DNA from: Thermoplasmata archaeon
Lineage (GTDB): Archaea; Thermoplasmatota; Thermoplasmata; Thermoplasmatales; ARK-15
Direction: 5' to 3'
Length of the DNA stretch: 44,524 nt
Assembly (NCBI GenBank): GCA_039794005.1
Contig: JBAMMA010000005.1
Span: 1 to 44,524 of the forward strand
Made by a program: the position numbers and the translations under genes. The notes under the pieces are model-generated. The model had not been told where the DNA came from, searched no databases, and was given only the letters and a program-made list of their open reading frames with translations. Of the stretch, positions 18,695 through 29,311 are shown one piece after another; the stretch's first letter is position 1, and the number at the start of each line of letters is the position of its first letter.

Positions 18695-19258
18695 TTAAAA
18701 GATTTTATTTTTCATCATTTGAATTGCTATTATGAGAAATCCGATACCTATAAGAAAATTTGATATTAATATAACGATAGATGGCAAGGATATAGTTAAA
18801 TTATACCCGGCCGGGGTAATAAATTTACCAGAATATTGTGAATAATTTTCAAAATCAAGATATATTTTGTAACCCATATAAGGATAAATTATAACATCAA
18901 TCATTTGAAGAATTATTCCATAGAATGAAATGTTTGTGATCAATCTGAAATTATGTCTTTTGGAATATGATTTCAAATTGTATATAAAATAGAGGAATGA
19001 TAAATAAAATATTATGTAATATATTAAAAATAATATAAAATTATAAAAAAATTGTATCAGTGTGCTTAAAATTATTATCAGTAATAAAATAATTCCTGAA
19101 TATATAAAATCATTTTCATAAAGGATTATCAGTGTCAATGAAATTATTGCTAAAGACAAATAAAACATTAATATAAAAATATATGAATTTAAAAAAATTG
19201 AAAACATGAATGATAGTGAAAGAATAATTAATCCTGTAGCAAGTATCAAATTTCTCAT
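18695..19258 (-). CDS. Hypothetical membrane protein
   Basis: 187-aa ORF with several hydrophobic segments. Confidence 0.65.
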   Translation of the reverse strand: MRNLILATGLIILSLSFMFSIFLNSYIFILMFYLSLAIISLTLIILYENDFIYSGIILLLIIILSTLIQFFYNFILFLIYYIIFYLSFLYFIYNLKSYSKRHNFRLITNISFYGIILQMIDVIIYPYMGYKIYLDFENYSQYSGKFITPAGYNLTISLPSIVILISNFLIGIGFLIIAIQMMKNKIF

Positions 19259-19466
19259 AGTTTATCTTACATAGGTTATTCAAATTTAACTGTTAAATTT
19301 TTCTTATGTATAAAAAATAAATATTATATATTCAATTTTGGAACAAAACACTCAATTTAAAAAATAGATAATGTAAATTCAAAGAAAAGATAAAATTAAT
19401 AAAAATTATAAAAATTATGAAAAATCGATGAAAAAATTTATTCTTTAAATTTAAATATAATAATTT

Positions 19467-21242
19467 ATGGATTATATTATACTCGCTGAAACCTTTCAAA
19501 GGATAGAAAGCACCACAAAAAGGTTGGAAATAACTGATTATATTGTGGATCTTCTGAAAAAAACAGATGAAAATAACATTGAAAAAGTTGTATTATTGAT
19601 GCAGGGGAGGATTGCACCTGACTATCTTGGTATTGAGTTGGGTATGGCCGATAAACTTGCGATTAAGGCCATCTCCCAAATATATGGTATAACGGAAAAA
19701 GCAATAGAAGAAGAATATCAGAAGAGCGGAGACCTTGGAATTGCAACTGAAAATCTCGCAAAAAATAAAAGACAAAAAACATTGTTTGAATTAGAAGAAC
19801 AGGTTTTAACCGTGGAGAAAGTATTTGAAAATTTTAAGAAAATAGCAGAGCTATCTGGAGAAAAGAGCCAGGATAAAAAAGTATCTCTTTTGGGAGAATT
19901 ACTTAATTATGCAAAACCAATTGAGGCAAGATATATCATCAGGACCGTAACTGGAAAACTCAGGCTTGGTGTTGCCGATGCAACGATATTGGATGCATTG
20001 GCAATAGCTTTTGGTGAGACAAAGGAGATGAGAGATGTTGTAGAAAGGGCATATAACATACATCCTGACCTTGGATTTATAGCAAAAACATTATTAAAAG
20101 AGGGCATTGAAGGTGTAAATAAAATAAAAGTTGAACCGGGCATTCCAATAAAAGTGATGCTGGCTGAAAGATTGCCATCCCTGGAAGAAATTCTGGAGAA
20201 GATGGGCGGAAGGGCGGCTTTTGAATACAAATATGACGGCATTAGAATGCAACCACATGTAACTAAGAATTTTGTCAAGATTTATTCTAGGAGAATGGAA
20301 AATTTGACCGAACAATTTCCGGACATAACCAGGGCAATTAAAATTGCAGCAGGAGACCATGAAGTAATATTGGATGGGGAGGGTGTGCCAGTAAACATTG
20401 AAACAGGAGAATTACTGCCATTTCAGGCAGTTTCTCATAGAAGGGGTAGAAAATATGAGATAGAAAGGGTTGCAGAGGAAGTACCCGTAGTATTATTCCT
20501 GTTTGATATCCTATACCTAGATGGAAATGAATTGCTGACCTTGCCATACCTAAAAAGAAAAGAAATTTTGGAAAGTGTTGTTAAAGAAAATGATAGAATA
20601 AAGTTTGCAAATAGAATTATAAGTGGTGATAAAAACGAGATTAGGAAATTCTTTGAAAAATCTATAGAAGATGGGTGCGAGGGATTGGTTGCAAAAAACA
20701 TATCTGAACAATCCATATACAGGGCAGGAGCTAGGGAATTTTTGTGGATTAAATTTAAAAGGGATTATGAAGCAATCGTTGAAGATACATTTGATCTCGT
20801 CGTTGTTGGAGCATTTGCAGGACACGGGCAGAGGGCAGGAACATACGGTGCTCTTTTAATGGCAGCCTATGATCCTGAAAAAGATCTGTTTGTAACTGTT
20901 TGTAAATTAGGTTCTGGATTTACAGAAGATAATTTAAATTCTATAAGAAAAATATTGGATAATTATAAAATAGAACATAGGCATGGAAGAGTTTTATCAT
21001 TGATAGAGCCAGATTATTGGTTTATTCCTTCCTTAGTTTTGGAAGTAAAAGGGGCTGAGCTTACACTTAGTCCTTTGCATACGTGCTGCATGGATTCAAT
21101 TGAAAAGGGATCTGGAATATCAATAAGGTTTCCAAGATTTACCGGAAATTTTAGGTTTGACAAAAAGCCAGAAGATGCCACAACAACGAATGAAATAATT
21201 GAGGAATACAAAAATCAAAAGAAAAAACTTTTAGAAGAATGA
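19467..21242 (+). CDS. lig: ATP-dependent DNA ligase
   Basis: EYKYDG, LDGE, EGLVAK, WIKFK, SIRFPRF. Confidence 0.97.
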   Translation: MDYIILAETFQRIESTTKRLEITDYIVDLLKKTDENNIEKVVLLMQGRIAPDYLGIELGMADKLAIKAISQIYGITEKAIEEEYQKSGDLGIATENLAKNKRQKTLFELEEQVLTVEKVFENFKKIAELSGEKSQDKKVSLLGELLNYAKPIEARYIIRTVTGKLRLGVADATILDALAIAFGETKEMRDVVERAYNIHPDLGFIAKTLLKEGIEGVNKIKVEPGIPIKVMLAERLPSLEEILEKMGGRAAFEYKYDGIRMQPHVTKNFVKIYSRRMENLTEQFPDITRAIKIAAGDHEVILDGEGVPVNIETGELLPFQAVSHRRGRKYEIERVAEEVPVVLFLFDILYLDGNELLTLPYLKRKEILESVVKENDRIKFANRIISGDKNEIRKFFEKSIEDGCEGLVAKNISEQSIYRAGAREFLWIKFKRDYEAIVEDTFDLVVVGAFAGHGQRAGTYGALLMAAYDPEKDLFVTVCKLGSGFTEDNLNSIRKILDNYKIEHRHGRVLSLIEPDYWFIPSLVLEVKGAELTLSPLHTCCMDSIEKGSGISIRFPRFTGNFRFDKKPEDATTTNEIIEEYKNQKKKLLEE

Positions 21243-21467
21243 TCACAAAATTTCGTATTCTAAAAATTCTTTGTAATATTTGCAACTTTTATTTTTACCA
21301 TCGCAATCAAATATACCCCTCTTTTTACAATATCCGTTATAAAAATATACACATTTTCCTTCAAAGACTGGAAATTTACCATACCATTCGCAATTTTCCT
21401 TTATACATTTATATCCCCTATACCTTCCGTGACAAATACCATCTAAATCCTCAAATGCGCATTTCAT
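21243..21467 (-). CDS. Small Cys-rich protein (two tandem 4-Cys modules)
   Basis: 8 Cys in 74 aa; stop codon abuts the lig stop. Confidence 0.7.
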   Translation of the reverse strand: MKCAFEDLDGICHGRYRGYKCIKENCEWYGKFPVFEGKCVYFYNGYCKKRGIFDCDGKNKSCKYYKEFLEYEIL

Positions 21468-21549
21468 TCAAAACATTTAGGTCCTGTAAATTTATAAAAA
21501 TTTTGTAGTAAAAAATTTGATTTAAAAAATAATAAAAAAATTTATATTT

Positions 21550-21951
21550 TTATTGAGGTGGCTGCTGAGGTGGCTGTGGTAAAACGTAGGGCTGAGGTGA
21601 TGGATTATATATTATGGCCATTATTCCTCCTATAAGTGTAAGAATGAAACCTATGACAAATCCGCCAATTGCTCCGAAGAAACTCAATATTGAAAACATT
21701 ATTAATAGAATTCCGTAGGTCATATGGTTTGAAGGATCGCTCTTTAGTCTAATTGCGATTATTATTATAAATATTCCCCAGATAATTCCAATAATACCAG
21801 CCAGAAATCCCAGGAATCCTAATCCAAAAGTGAACATTGAGAGTACTGTCCCCAATGCTAATAGGATTATTCCACCCGATAAAACGAAAATTCCACCAAT
21901 TAAGGACAAAATATAGGCTGCATTCAAATGGCCAAGATCCTGATTATACAT
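21550..21951 (-). CDS. Four-TM Gly-rich membrane protein with Pro/Gln tail
   Basis: LSLIGG...GGFVIGFILTLIGG pattern typical of a widespread archaeal DUF membrane family. Confidence 0.75.
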   Translation of the reverse strand: MYNQDLGHLNAAYILSLIGGIFVLSGGIILLALGTVLSMFTFGLGFLGFLAGIIGIIWGIFIIIIAIRLKSDPSNHMTYGILLIMFSILSFFGAIGGFVIGFILTLIGGIMAIIYNPSPQPYVLPQPPQQPPQ

Positions 21952-22140
21952 GAATTTAAATAAAAATATAAATATTTAAATTTATCTAATTTTTTTATTA
22001 ATTATTGAAAATCTATTGATTCGATATTTTATGAAAATTAAATTTTCAATTATGTAAATTTTTGATTATTATTCATGAACGTAATTTTTTTAATCTTTTA
22101 AATAAATATAAAAAATTTTTAAAAATAGATTTATTAAATT

Positions 22141-22881
22141 TTATTTTTCCCTCCACTTTATACCACCAAAACCAATTAAAGAATATATTACATCCAGTAA
22201 TACCAGCAAAATCAATAGGATATTAATTTCGCTCTGAAAATAAAGATTTTTGATTATAAGGGAAGCTTCTGTTGTAGGCAAAACGTAAAGTATTGGTTGT
22301 AATTCTTTAGGAATAATGTTTATTGAATAATAGGCAGGTGTTGCAAAAACTATGATAAACGAAATCAAATTTGTAATCGCGCTTGCCATCTGAATGTTCT
22401 TGGATCTTGTTCCAATAATGGCACCTATACCGATTAATGCAATGCTCTCCAATAAAATAACAAAAATTAAGGTGATAAAATAAATGATATTTATGGGAAG
22501 GGACCAGAGAATGCTTGCAATGGGTATAAGTATCAAACATTCTATGAGTATTGAAATCATGTATGTTGATGTAACCCCAAATATATATGAAAATGGATGA
22601 ATCGGTGATGTTCGGTACCATGAAATCACACCTCTTATTCTATCCATTGTTATGAATTGTCCAACCCCATTTATTACAGTAAGAGAAGATGAGAGAACAA
22701 GCATACCGGTTAAATAATTTATTTTGGTATCTAAATTCCAATCAGGTGTAGCCAATGAAATAAGATAAGTCATACCTAGTGGGATAAACAGAGAAATTAC
22801 GATAAAACCTGCTGCACTTTCTCTCAAATTTAGAAGATTAATCTTAGATATTATTATTATATCATCTAGTGTTTTTTTCAT
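22141..22881 (-). CDS. ABC-2 type transporter permease
   Basis: Six TM segments; overlaps the ATPase gene. Confidence 0.85.
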   Translation of the reverse strand: MKKTLDDIIIISKINLLNLRESAAGFIVISLFIPLGMTYLISLATPDWNLDTKINYLTGMLVLSSSLTVINGVGQFITMDRIRGVISWYRTSPIHPFSYIFGVTSTYMISILIECLILIPIASILWSLPINIIYFITLIFVILLESIALIGIGAIIGTRSKNIQMASAITNLISFIIVFATPAYYSINIIPKELQPILYVLPTTEASLIIKNLYFQSEINILLILLVLLDVIYSLIGFGGIKWREK

Positions 22882-23800
22882 TTTCCATCACCTTCATAAA
22901 AACTTCATCCAACGTAGGGGAGGATATTATAATATCATTTGTGTATTGAAGTAATATTGGCATTATTTTTGAAATATCTTTTTTTAAAAGTAATACGTTT
23001 AAGAACCCGTGTTCTTCCTTTGTTTGAAAATTGATGCCCTCTTTTATTAAAACATCTGTTAAAGCATCCTTAAATTTTAAAGGAAAAGATATTTTTATAT
23101 CATAGTCCAGAATTAAATCCCTTACCTTTAATCTATCCCCATCCAGTAATACTTTACCCTTATTTATAAAAATTAACCTGTTGGAGATCTTTTCCAATTC
23201 TTCAAGGTAATGTGTAGTTATTATGATTGTTCTATCTGGATTTTCATCAATGATTGTCTGCAATGTATTCCAGAAATCAATACGGGCCATGGGATCTAAA
23301 CCGGTTGTGGGCTCATCCAGAAATATTAGATCAGGGTCGTTAACCAGCGCTATTGAGACAAATACACGTCTTTTAAGCCCTCCTGAGAGTTCGTCAATCC
23401 TTTTTTTCGTATGAGATTTTAAATTCAAAAGATCTAATATTTTTCTGGTATTTTCAATGGCCTTTTCTTTTGAAAGTCCTTTTAATCTGGCAAAATAATA
23501 TATATGTTCTTCAACAGTAAGATAGTTTATCAGACCTCCTTCTTGAGGCGATACGCCCATTAAATATTTTATTGGATTTGGATTTTTGACCATATCATTA
23601 TCCATAATATATATGTTCCCACTGGTCGGAATTAACTCTCCTGTTAACTGTTTTATTAATGTTGTTTTTCCTGCACCGTTTGGACCTATTATACCTATGA
23701 TTTCACCTTTTTTCACTTTTAAATTGATATGATCATTTGCAAGGATACCATTTGGGTATATTTTAACGAGATCTTCAACAGTAATAATTTCATTGTTCAT
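22862..23800 (-). CDS. ABC transporter ATP-binding protein (DrrA-like exporter)
   Basis: GPNGAGKTT, LSGGLKRR, FLDEPT, TTH. Confidence 0.95.
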   Translation of the reverse strand: MNNEIITVEDLVKIYPNGILANDHINLKVKKGEIIGIIGPNGAGKTTLIKQLTGELIPTSGNIYIMDNDMVKNPNPIKYLMGVSPQEGGLINYLTVEEHIYYFARLKGLSKEKAIENTRKILDLLNLKSHTKKRIDELSGGLKRRVFVSIALVNDPDLIFLDEPTTGLDPMARIDFWNTLQTIIDENPDRTIIITTHYLEELEKISNRLIFINKGKVLLDGDRLKVRDLILDYDIKISFPLKFKDALTDVLIKEGINFQTKEEHGFLNVLLLKKDISKIMPILLQYTNDIIISSPTLDEVFMKVMENEKNTR

Positions 23801-24074
23801 AATTCAAGTATCACCCCAAATTTTCTTTTCGAAACATTTTATGATATGCCTGAATTTATATTATTATATTCTTTAACAATATTTTAAATTTACCATAATC
23901 ACATTTTAATATTTCTTAAAGTAAATATTATCCATATTCACCATAAATAAAGGATAATATTTTTAAAATGTATACTTATTTATTTTTAATGAATTTTAAA
24001 ATTTCAGATCTTTTATATACATATTTACTTTATTAAAATTATATTTTCTTTGCTTAATTCATAAAAAAATTATA

Positions 24075-24365
24075 TCAGTCAAAAAGGTTATTAAATTCCT
24101 TTGAGGAAAATAGTATTTCCTTGAGTTCTTTGTCAAATTCAGGATCGTTTCTTCTCAGATATTCTATTAATAGAGCTGCATGCTCCTTTTCATCATCCCT
24201 GTTATGTATCATGATCTCCCTTAAAATCTGGTCTTTGGTTGCACTTGCCCTCTCATCGTAGAACATCATTGCTTCAATTTCCTCAATCAATGATTGTCTT
24301 GCCCTAGTCAGATCGGCAGTCTTTGAATCTATATCCTCTATTCTCTCATACCTGGGCATGGTCAT
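24075..24365 (-). CDS. Encapsulated-ferritin-like protein (two-helix Flp/EncFtn family)
   Basis: ARQSLIEEIEAMMFYDER...HNRDDEKEHAALLIEYLRRND; start probably 24365 or 24359. Confidence 0.88.
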   Translation of the reverse strand: MTMPRYERIEDIDSKTADLTRARQSLIEEIEAMMFYDERASATKDQILREIMIHNRDDEKEHAALLIEYLRRNDPEFDKELKEILFSSKEFNNLFD

Positions 24366-24889
24366 ACATGCAAAATTAATAATATATTTCTTTCCATTCA
24401 TTCATTAAGATTTATCCAAAATCCGTTATGACATTTCTATCCTCTAAATGTTTTCATAGAGAAATATGACCTTGGGATTTCAATTCATCTGTTTTAATCA
24501 TTATGTCTCTATTTTTTTCTTATATCTTGTATTAATTGAATTTGCATTATCGATCCTTAAGTTAAAAAAAATTAATGAAACACATCAATATTCATTTTAT
24601 ACTACTCAGGAATTTGGATATCTCTTTCCTGAATATTCAGGGAGGGATAAAAGAGAAACTATTGTTTAAAAGATTATCTCCCATCTTTTTATTATTTTGC
24701 AGCAAACCTGATGTTTATGAGGGTTTGAATCTCATATTTTATTTTATTACTATGGAAAATGCCTTTGGAAAATGTAAAGTTTTTTGTAATATAATAAAGT
24801 ATTCTGTTTTGCTTTTAATATCATGATCTTATTATTTAAGTTATGTAAATTATGAAAATTTATGGAAGTTATATAAAAATGAATATCAA

Positions 24890-24963
<74 letters not shown>

Positions 24964-24990
24964 TAATTTCAAGATTACAATTATAAATAT

Positions 24991-25442
24991 TTATTTTTCT
25001 ATGAATTTTTTTATTTTATCATATACTTGAATTTTAATATCTTCTGGCATTAAAATATCTATCTGATTAAATATTCCGTTTTCTTCCTTATACACATGTT
25101 GTAACAATAGATTGGCTATATCTGATAGATAGTCATGTTCTTCATGAAAATTATTGTATTTATTTAAAAATTTACAACTCCTCTATGTTCTGCGATGACC
25201 ATTTTAAAAGGTTCCATATATGGTAAATATTTTTGAAGGATAGGCAAAAATGCTGGGTACACTATATCTTCCCCAATTTTAAAATGTATGTATAAAAGAA
25301 ATTCAATATGTTTTAAAAATTCCTCATCATTCAATTTTTTGTCTAGGAATTTTTCGCACAATTCAACTGTATTTTTATGTTGATCCCTCAGGATCTGTGT
25401 CAAAAAGGATCCTTTAAATTTTAATACATCAAGAAGGCTCAT
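24991..25442 (-). pseudogene. Frameshifted hemerythrin-like (HHE) protein
   Basis: ORF 25442-25164 continues in the -1 frame as NKYNNFHEEHDYLSDIANLLLQHVYKEENGIF...KFIEK, stop at 24991; this matches the neighbouring paralog's C-terminus. Confidence 0.8.
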
Positions 25443-25478
25443 TAAAAATATAAATTTAAAAAAAGATCTAAATATTTA

Positions 25479-25928
25479 TCAATAATCCAAAAAATTTTTT
25501 ATTTTTTCATATATTATTTCTTTTGCATCATCAGGCACATGCTCGTCCAAGATATTGTATATTCCATTTTCCTCTTTATATATATGGTTTAGTAAAACAT
25601 TTGCCATATCTTTGAGGAATTCTTTATTTTTGTATTTCCTGTATTTTTCAAGATATCTTTTAATATTTTCATGTTCATTTTTTAATAATAATACCATTTC
25701 GTTATATCTAGGAACATCATCCAAATAATTTTTAGATTCATTGAAGAGTATGTTTTCCTCTATTTTAAAATGGTAGTTTATAATATAATTCATCTGATCA
25801 ATGAATTCATCAACATCGAAATTTCCATGTATGAATAAGTTGCATATATTGGCAATTTCCTTATGGTCATTCCTTAAGTCCTGTGTCAAAATTGTCCCTT
25901 TGAAAGGCAAATCTGCACCTCTAACCAT
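25479..25928 (-). CDS. Hemerythrin-like (HHE) domain protein
   Basis: DH...HFKIEE...EH...HIYKEE ligand pattern. Confidence 0.88.
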   Translation of the reverse strand: MVRGADLPFKGTILTQDLRNDHKEIANICNLFIHGNFDVDEFIDQMNYIINYHFKIEENILFNESKNYLDDVPRYNEMVLLLKNEHENIKRYLEKYRKYKNKEFLKDMANVLLNHIYKEENGIYNILDEHVPDDAKEIIYEKIKNFLDY

Positions 25929-26006
25929 AAATTAAATATTAAAATTGGGTTATAAATCTTTATCATTTTAATCAAAATAATATATCAAGAAGTATTATAT
26001 CACAAC

Positions 26007-27680
26007 ATGGAAGGAATCGAAAAATATATAGATGAAATAAAAAAATATCTACAAGAGAAAATAAAAGAATCATATGGATTCGAAACAAAAATAAATATTG
26101 AAATACCTCCTGAAAACATGGGGGATTTAGCATTTCCAGTTTTTGAATTATCAAGGGCCTTAAAAAAGAATCCAGTTGAAATAGGAAAAGATTTGTATGA
26201 TGTTAAATTAAATTTTATAAAAGAAGTTAAATTATTAAACGGGTATATGAATTTTTATGTTGATTTTGAGCCTTTGATAAATGAATTTATGATAGATTTG
26301 AAGAATAAAGGCAAAGATGTGCTTTCATTTGAAAAATTAAATAAAAAGATAATAATTGAACACACAAGTGCAAATCCCACGGGCCCGTTACATGTGGGAA
26401 GGGCAAGAAATCCAATAATAGGGGATACCTTGGCAAGGATATACAGAAAGTTAGGCTATGATGTGATGACGCATTATTATGTAAATGATGCCGGAAGGCA
26501 GGCAGCCATATTAATAAAAGGTTACCAAGATTACTACAGAGATGAAGAAGGCAAAGAGGATCATGTTCTTGTTAAATATTATCAAATGGCATCAAGGGAT
26601 TTAGAAAATGGAAAAATAAAAGAAAATGATATTTTAAATATAATCAAGGAAATTGAAATGGGAAACAGAGAATATATAATGCAAATCAGAGGCATACTAA
26701 AAAAGGTCTTGGATGGAATCAGGGATACATTGTTAAAGATCAATGTTGCCCACGATTATTATTTTTGGGAAACAGACCTGATATTGAATGGGATGGTAAA
26801 AGATGTTGAAAATATTTTAAGGGATAGAATAAAAGAGGACCAGGATGGATCAAAGTATATTGAAGTTGAAAATCCATCGGGGAAGGAGAAGATATATTTA
26901 TTCAGGAAAGATGGGACATCATTATACTTTACAAGAGACATAGCCTACCATATTTATAAATACAATATAACAAAAGATATGATAAATGTGCTCGGCGAAG
27001 ACCATAAAATGCACGGAGAGGCATTGAAAAATATATTGAAAATCATATATGATGACATAAATCTGGAGAATGTTTACTACGCTTTTGTCAATCTTCCAGA
27101 GGGTAGAATGAGTACGAGGTCTGGTAATGTAATATTTCTTGATGATCTTCTCGAAGAATCTAAGAGGAGGGCATTAGAAGAAATAAAGAGAAGGAGAAAT
27201 GAGGAAAATGAAAAATTGGCGGAAATGATTGGTTATAGTGCTGTTAGATACAACATTTTAAAAGTTCAGAATGAAAAACAGATGACATTCAGATGGGAGG
27301 ATGCACTCAATATGGAAGGAGATTCTTCAATATTTTTGCAATATTCATATTCAAGATCATTATCAATTTTAAGGAAAGAACCCTGGATGGGAAATTTTGA
27401 TTTTTCAAAAATAATTGAAGAAGAAGAGTTTAAATTGCTAAAGCACATGTTATTCTATCCATACTATTTAAAAAAGTCTGCCGGCTTAAACAAACCGCAT
27501 TACATAGCCAAATTTTCATACGACCTGGCATCATTGTTTAATTCATTTTACACTAAATGCCCAGTATTGAGGGCCCCAGATGAAATAAAGGAAAATAGAA
27601 AAGGAATAGTATATGCCTTCAACGTAATGATTGAAGATTTGATGGACATTATGGGATTGCATCATCCAGAAGAGATTTAG
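26007..27680 (+). CDS. argS: Arginine--tRNA ligase
   Basis: EHTSANPTGPLHVGR, RMSTRSG, LQYSYSR. Confidence 0.96.
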   Translation: MEGIEKYIDEIKKYLQEKIKESYGFETKINIEIPPENMGDLAFPVFELSRALKKNPVEIGKDLYDVKLNFIKEVKLLNGYMNFYVDFEPLINEFMIDLKNKGKDVLSFEKLNKKIIIEHTSANPTGPLHVGRARNPIIGDTLARIYRKLGYDVMTHYYVNDAGRQAAILIKGYQDYYRDEEGKEDHVLVKYYQMASRDLENGKIKENDILNIIKEIEMGNREYIMQIRGILKKVLDGIRDTLLKINVAHDYYFWETDLILNGMVKDVENILRDRIKEDQDGSKYIEVENPSGKEKIYLFRKDGTSLYFTRDIAYHIYKYNITKDMINVLGEDHKMHGEALKNILKIIYDDINLENVYYAFVNLPEGRMSTRSGNVIFLDDLLEESKRRALEEIKRRRNEENEKLAEMIGYSAVRYNILKVQNEKQMTFRWEDALNMEGDSSIFLQYSYSRSLSILRKEPWMGNFDFSKIIEEEEFKLLKHMLFYPYYLKKSAGLNKPHYIAKFSYDLASLFNSFYTKCPVLRAPDEIKENRKGIVYAFNVMIEDLMDIMGLHHPEEI

Positions 27681-28759
27681 AAATAGATGGCCTTCACCAT
27701 CTTTATCCTTCCATATCCAAATATTACCCTGTAATATCCAGAGAATTTTTTCTCAATTTCCTCATCGTTTAAATCGATTAAGAAATATTTCAAGGAAGAT
27801 AGTTTTGCAGGAGTGGCGACAATTATAATATCTTCTCTGTTCAATCTGCTTAAAACATATGTGGTTAATTGAAGATTTCCCCTGCCAAATATATATCCCT
27901 GGCCTCCTATCGGTGTTATTATAACCTTAATATTCCCATACTTTTCAATCAGTTCAAGGATATCCCTTTCAGTCAGATCCATTTTTATTAAAGTTTTATT
28001 CTTTATAGCGTCAAAACCAAGTAAGGTATATCTTAAATTCAATAATTCCATCACCTTTTTAGGTGTTGTACCAGGACCAATCAAATACAGAGAATTATCC
28101 ATATTATCTACGATAAACTCGGCAATACCCTGTTTATCCTCCTCATCGTCCGTTGAATATATTTCTGCCTTACTGTTCTGTATTTTATCGTCTAAGTAGG
28201 GTGTTAATGCAACTCCATATAATTTTATTTTCAATTCATTATTCCTGTATGCCTCTTCATCGACATCCAAAATCTCCCTATCTGTCAATGAACATCCCTT
28301 TTCTATATAGCATTTCAAAACATCGCTTGCAGATCTTGGTGATGTAGCAAATACTGAAGAATAAACCTTTACACCCGATGGTATGCCGAGTATTGGATAT
28401 TTTCTATCTGATACAGAATAAACATCCCTTGCTGTTCCATCCCCTCCCACAAACAATAAAATCTCTATATCTCCCATATTTTTTATGCAATTTTTTGTAT
28501 CCGTTGAAGTTGTCAAACCATCTGTTTTATATACAACATTTACATCGAAATCAAAGTATTCCCGACCCATCTCTCCTCCGCAGGTATAAATCTCATGTTC
28601 CTTTAAAAAATAACTATTTTTAACGAATTCCCTTGCCCTGATCGGGGATACCTTTTTTGCCCCTCTCCTGATTGCCTCATCCAAAACATTATCCGTACCC
28701 TTTAAACCTACACTTCCTCCCATCCCAGCAACTGGGTTCACAACAAAACCAATTTTCAT
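27677..28759 (-). CDS. ATP-NAD kinase family protein
   Basis: NPVAGMGG...LKGTD, GGDGTARD, GIPSGVK, GGQGYIFGRGN. Confidence 0.88.
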   Translation of the reverse strand: MKIGFVVNPVAGMGGSVGLKGTDNVLDEAIRRGAKKVSPIRAREFVKNSYFLKEHEIYTCGGEMGREYFDFDVNVVYKTDGLTTSTDTKNCIKNMGDIEILLFVGGDGTARDVYSVSDRKYPILGIPSGVKVYSSVFATSPRSASDVLKCYIEKGCSLTDREILDVDEEAYRNNELKIKLYGVALTPYLDDKIQNSKAEIYSTDDEEDKQGIAEFIVDNMDNSLYLIGPGTTPKKVMELLNLRYTLLGFDAIKNKTLIKMDLTERDILELIEKYGNIKVIITPIGGQGYIFGRGNLQLTTYVLSRLNREDIIIVATPAKLSSLKYFLIDLNDEEIEKKFSGYYRVIFGYGRIKMVKAIYF

Positions 28760-28764
28760 TTTAT

Positions 28765-29223
28765 TTAGTTTCCATATCCTTTTTTCAGATCGTATACCAG
28801 ATCTGACAATTTCTTTACCTGATTAATCTCCTGATCTATATATGTTTTAATCACTTCCAGGAAAGCCTTTGGATCGTCTATGATCTCCTTTATTTCATTT
28901 TCATTATAGTAAATCAATATTTCAGTATACGATCTCAGTATATGTATTTCCTCCTCCAAAAGGATTAAAATTATCTCAAGAAAGTCCTTTTTCCTAAATA
29001 AATCTTTAGAATATCCCAGATTAACTTCATTTGCATTATAAATTTGATATTTTCTCAATAATTCTTCAATGAATTCTCTGTGGTTATTGCTTTGAACATA
29101 CAGGTTAGCCAATAATGTTTTAAGATTTCTATCGTTTGTTTTTAAAAATCCTACCACGTCTGATATAACCGAATATTTCTCAAGGATGTATACATCCATT
29201 AACTTTTTTGTGAGGGGGTTCAT
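28765..29223 (-). CDS. Ferritin-like four-helix protein with degenerate ligands
   Basis: Helical pattern E...QSNNH...EE...EINQ resembling E/ExxH pairs. Confidence 0.5.
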   Translation of the reverse strand: MNPLTKKLMDVYILEKYSVISDVVGFLKTNDRNLKTLLANLYVQSNNHREFIEELLRKYQIYNANEVNLGYSKDLFRKKDFLEIILILLEEEIHILRSYTEILIYYNENEIKEIIDDPKAFLEVIKTYIDQEINQVKKLSDLVYDLKKGYGN

Positions 29224-29311
29224 TATATTAATAATACGATGTTTGAATATAAAAATATTTTCAATTTTTAAAAAACAAGTATTATCATGAAAAAGTCTAT
29301 AAACAATTGTT

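Noticed and set aside
21239-21508. 89-aa + strand ORF after lig
   Set aside because: Antisense to the more convincing Cys-patterned ORF 21243-21467.
24402-24889. ORFs 24466-24669 and 24575-24826 and the palindrome CCTGAATATTCAGG (24628-24641)
   Set aside because: No recognisable motifs or RBS, and a single 14-bp palindrome can occur by chance; probably decayed sequence.
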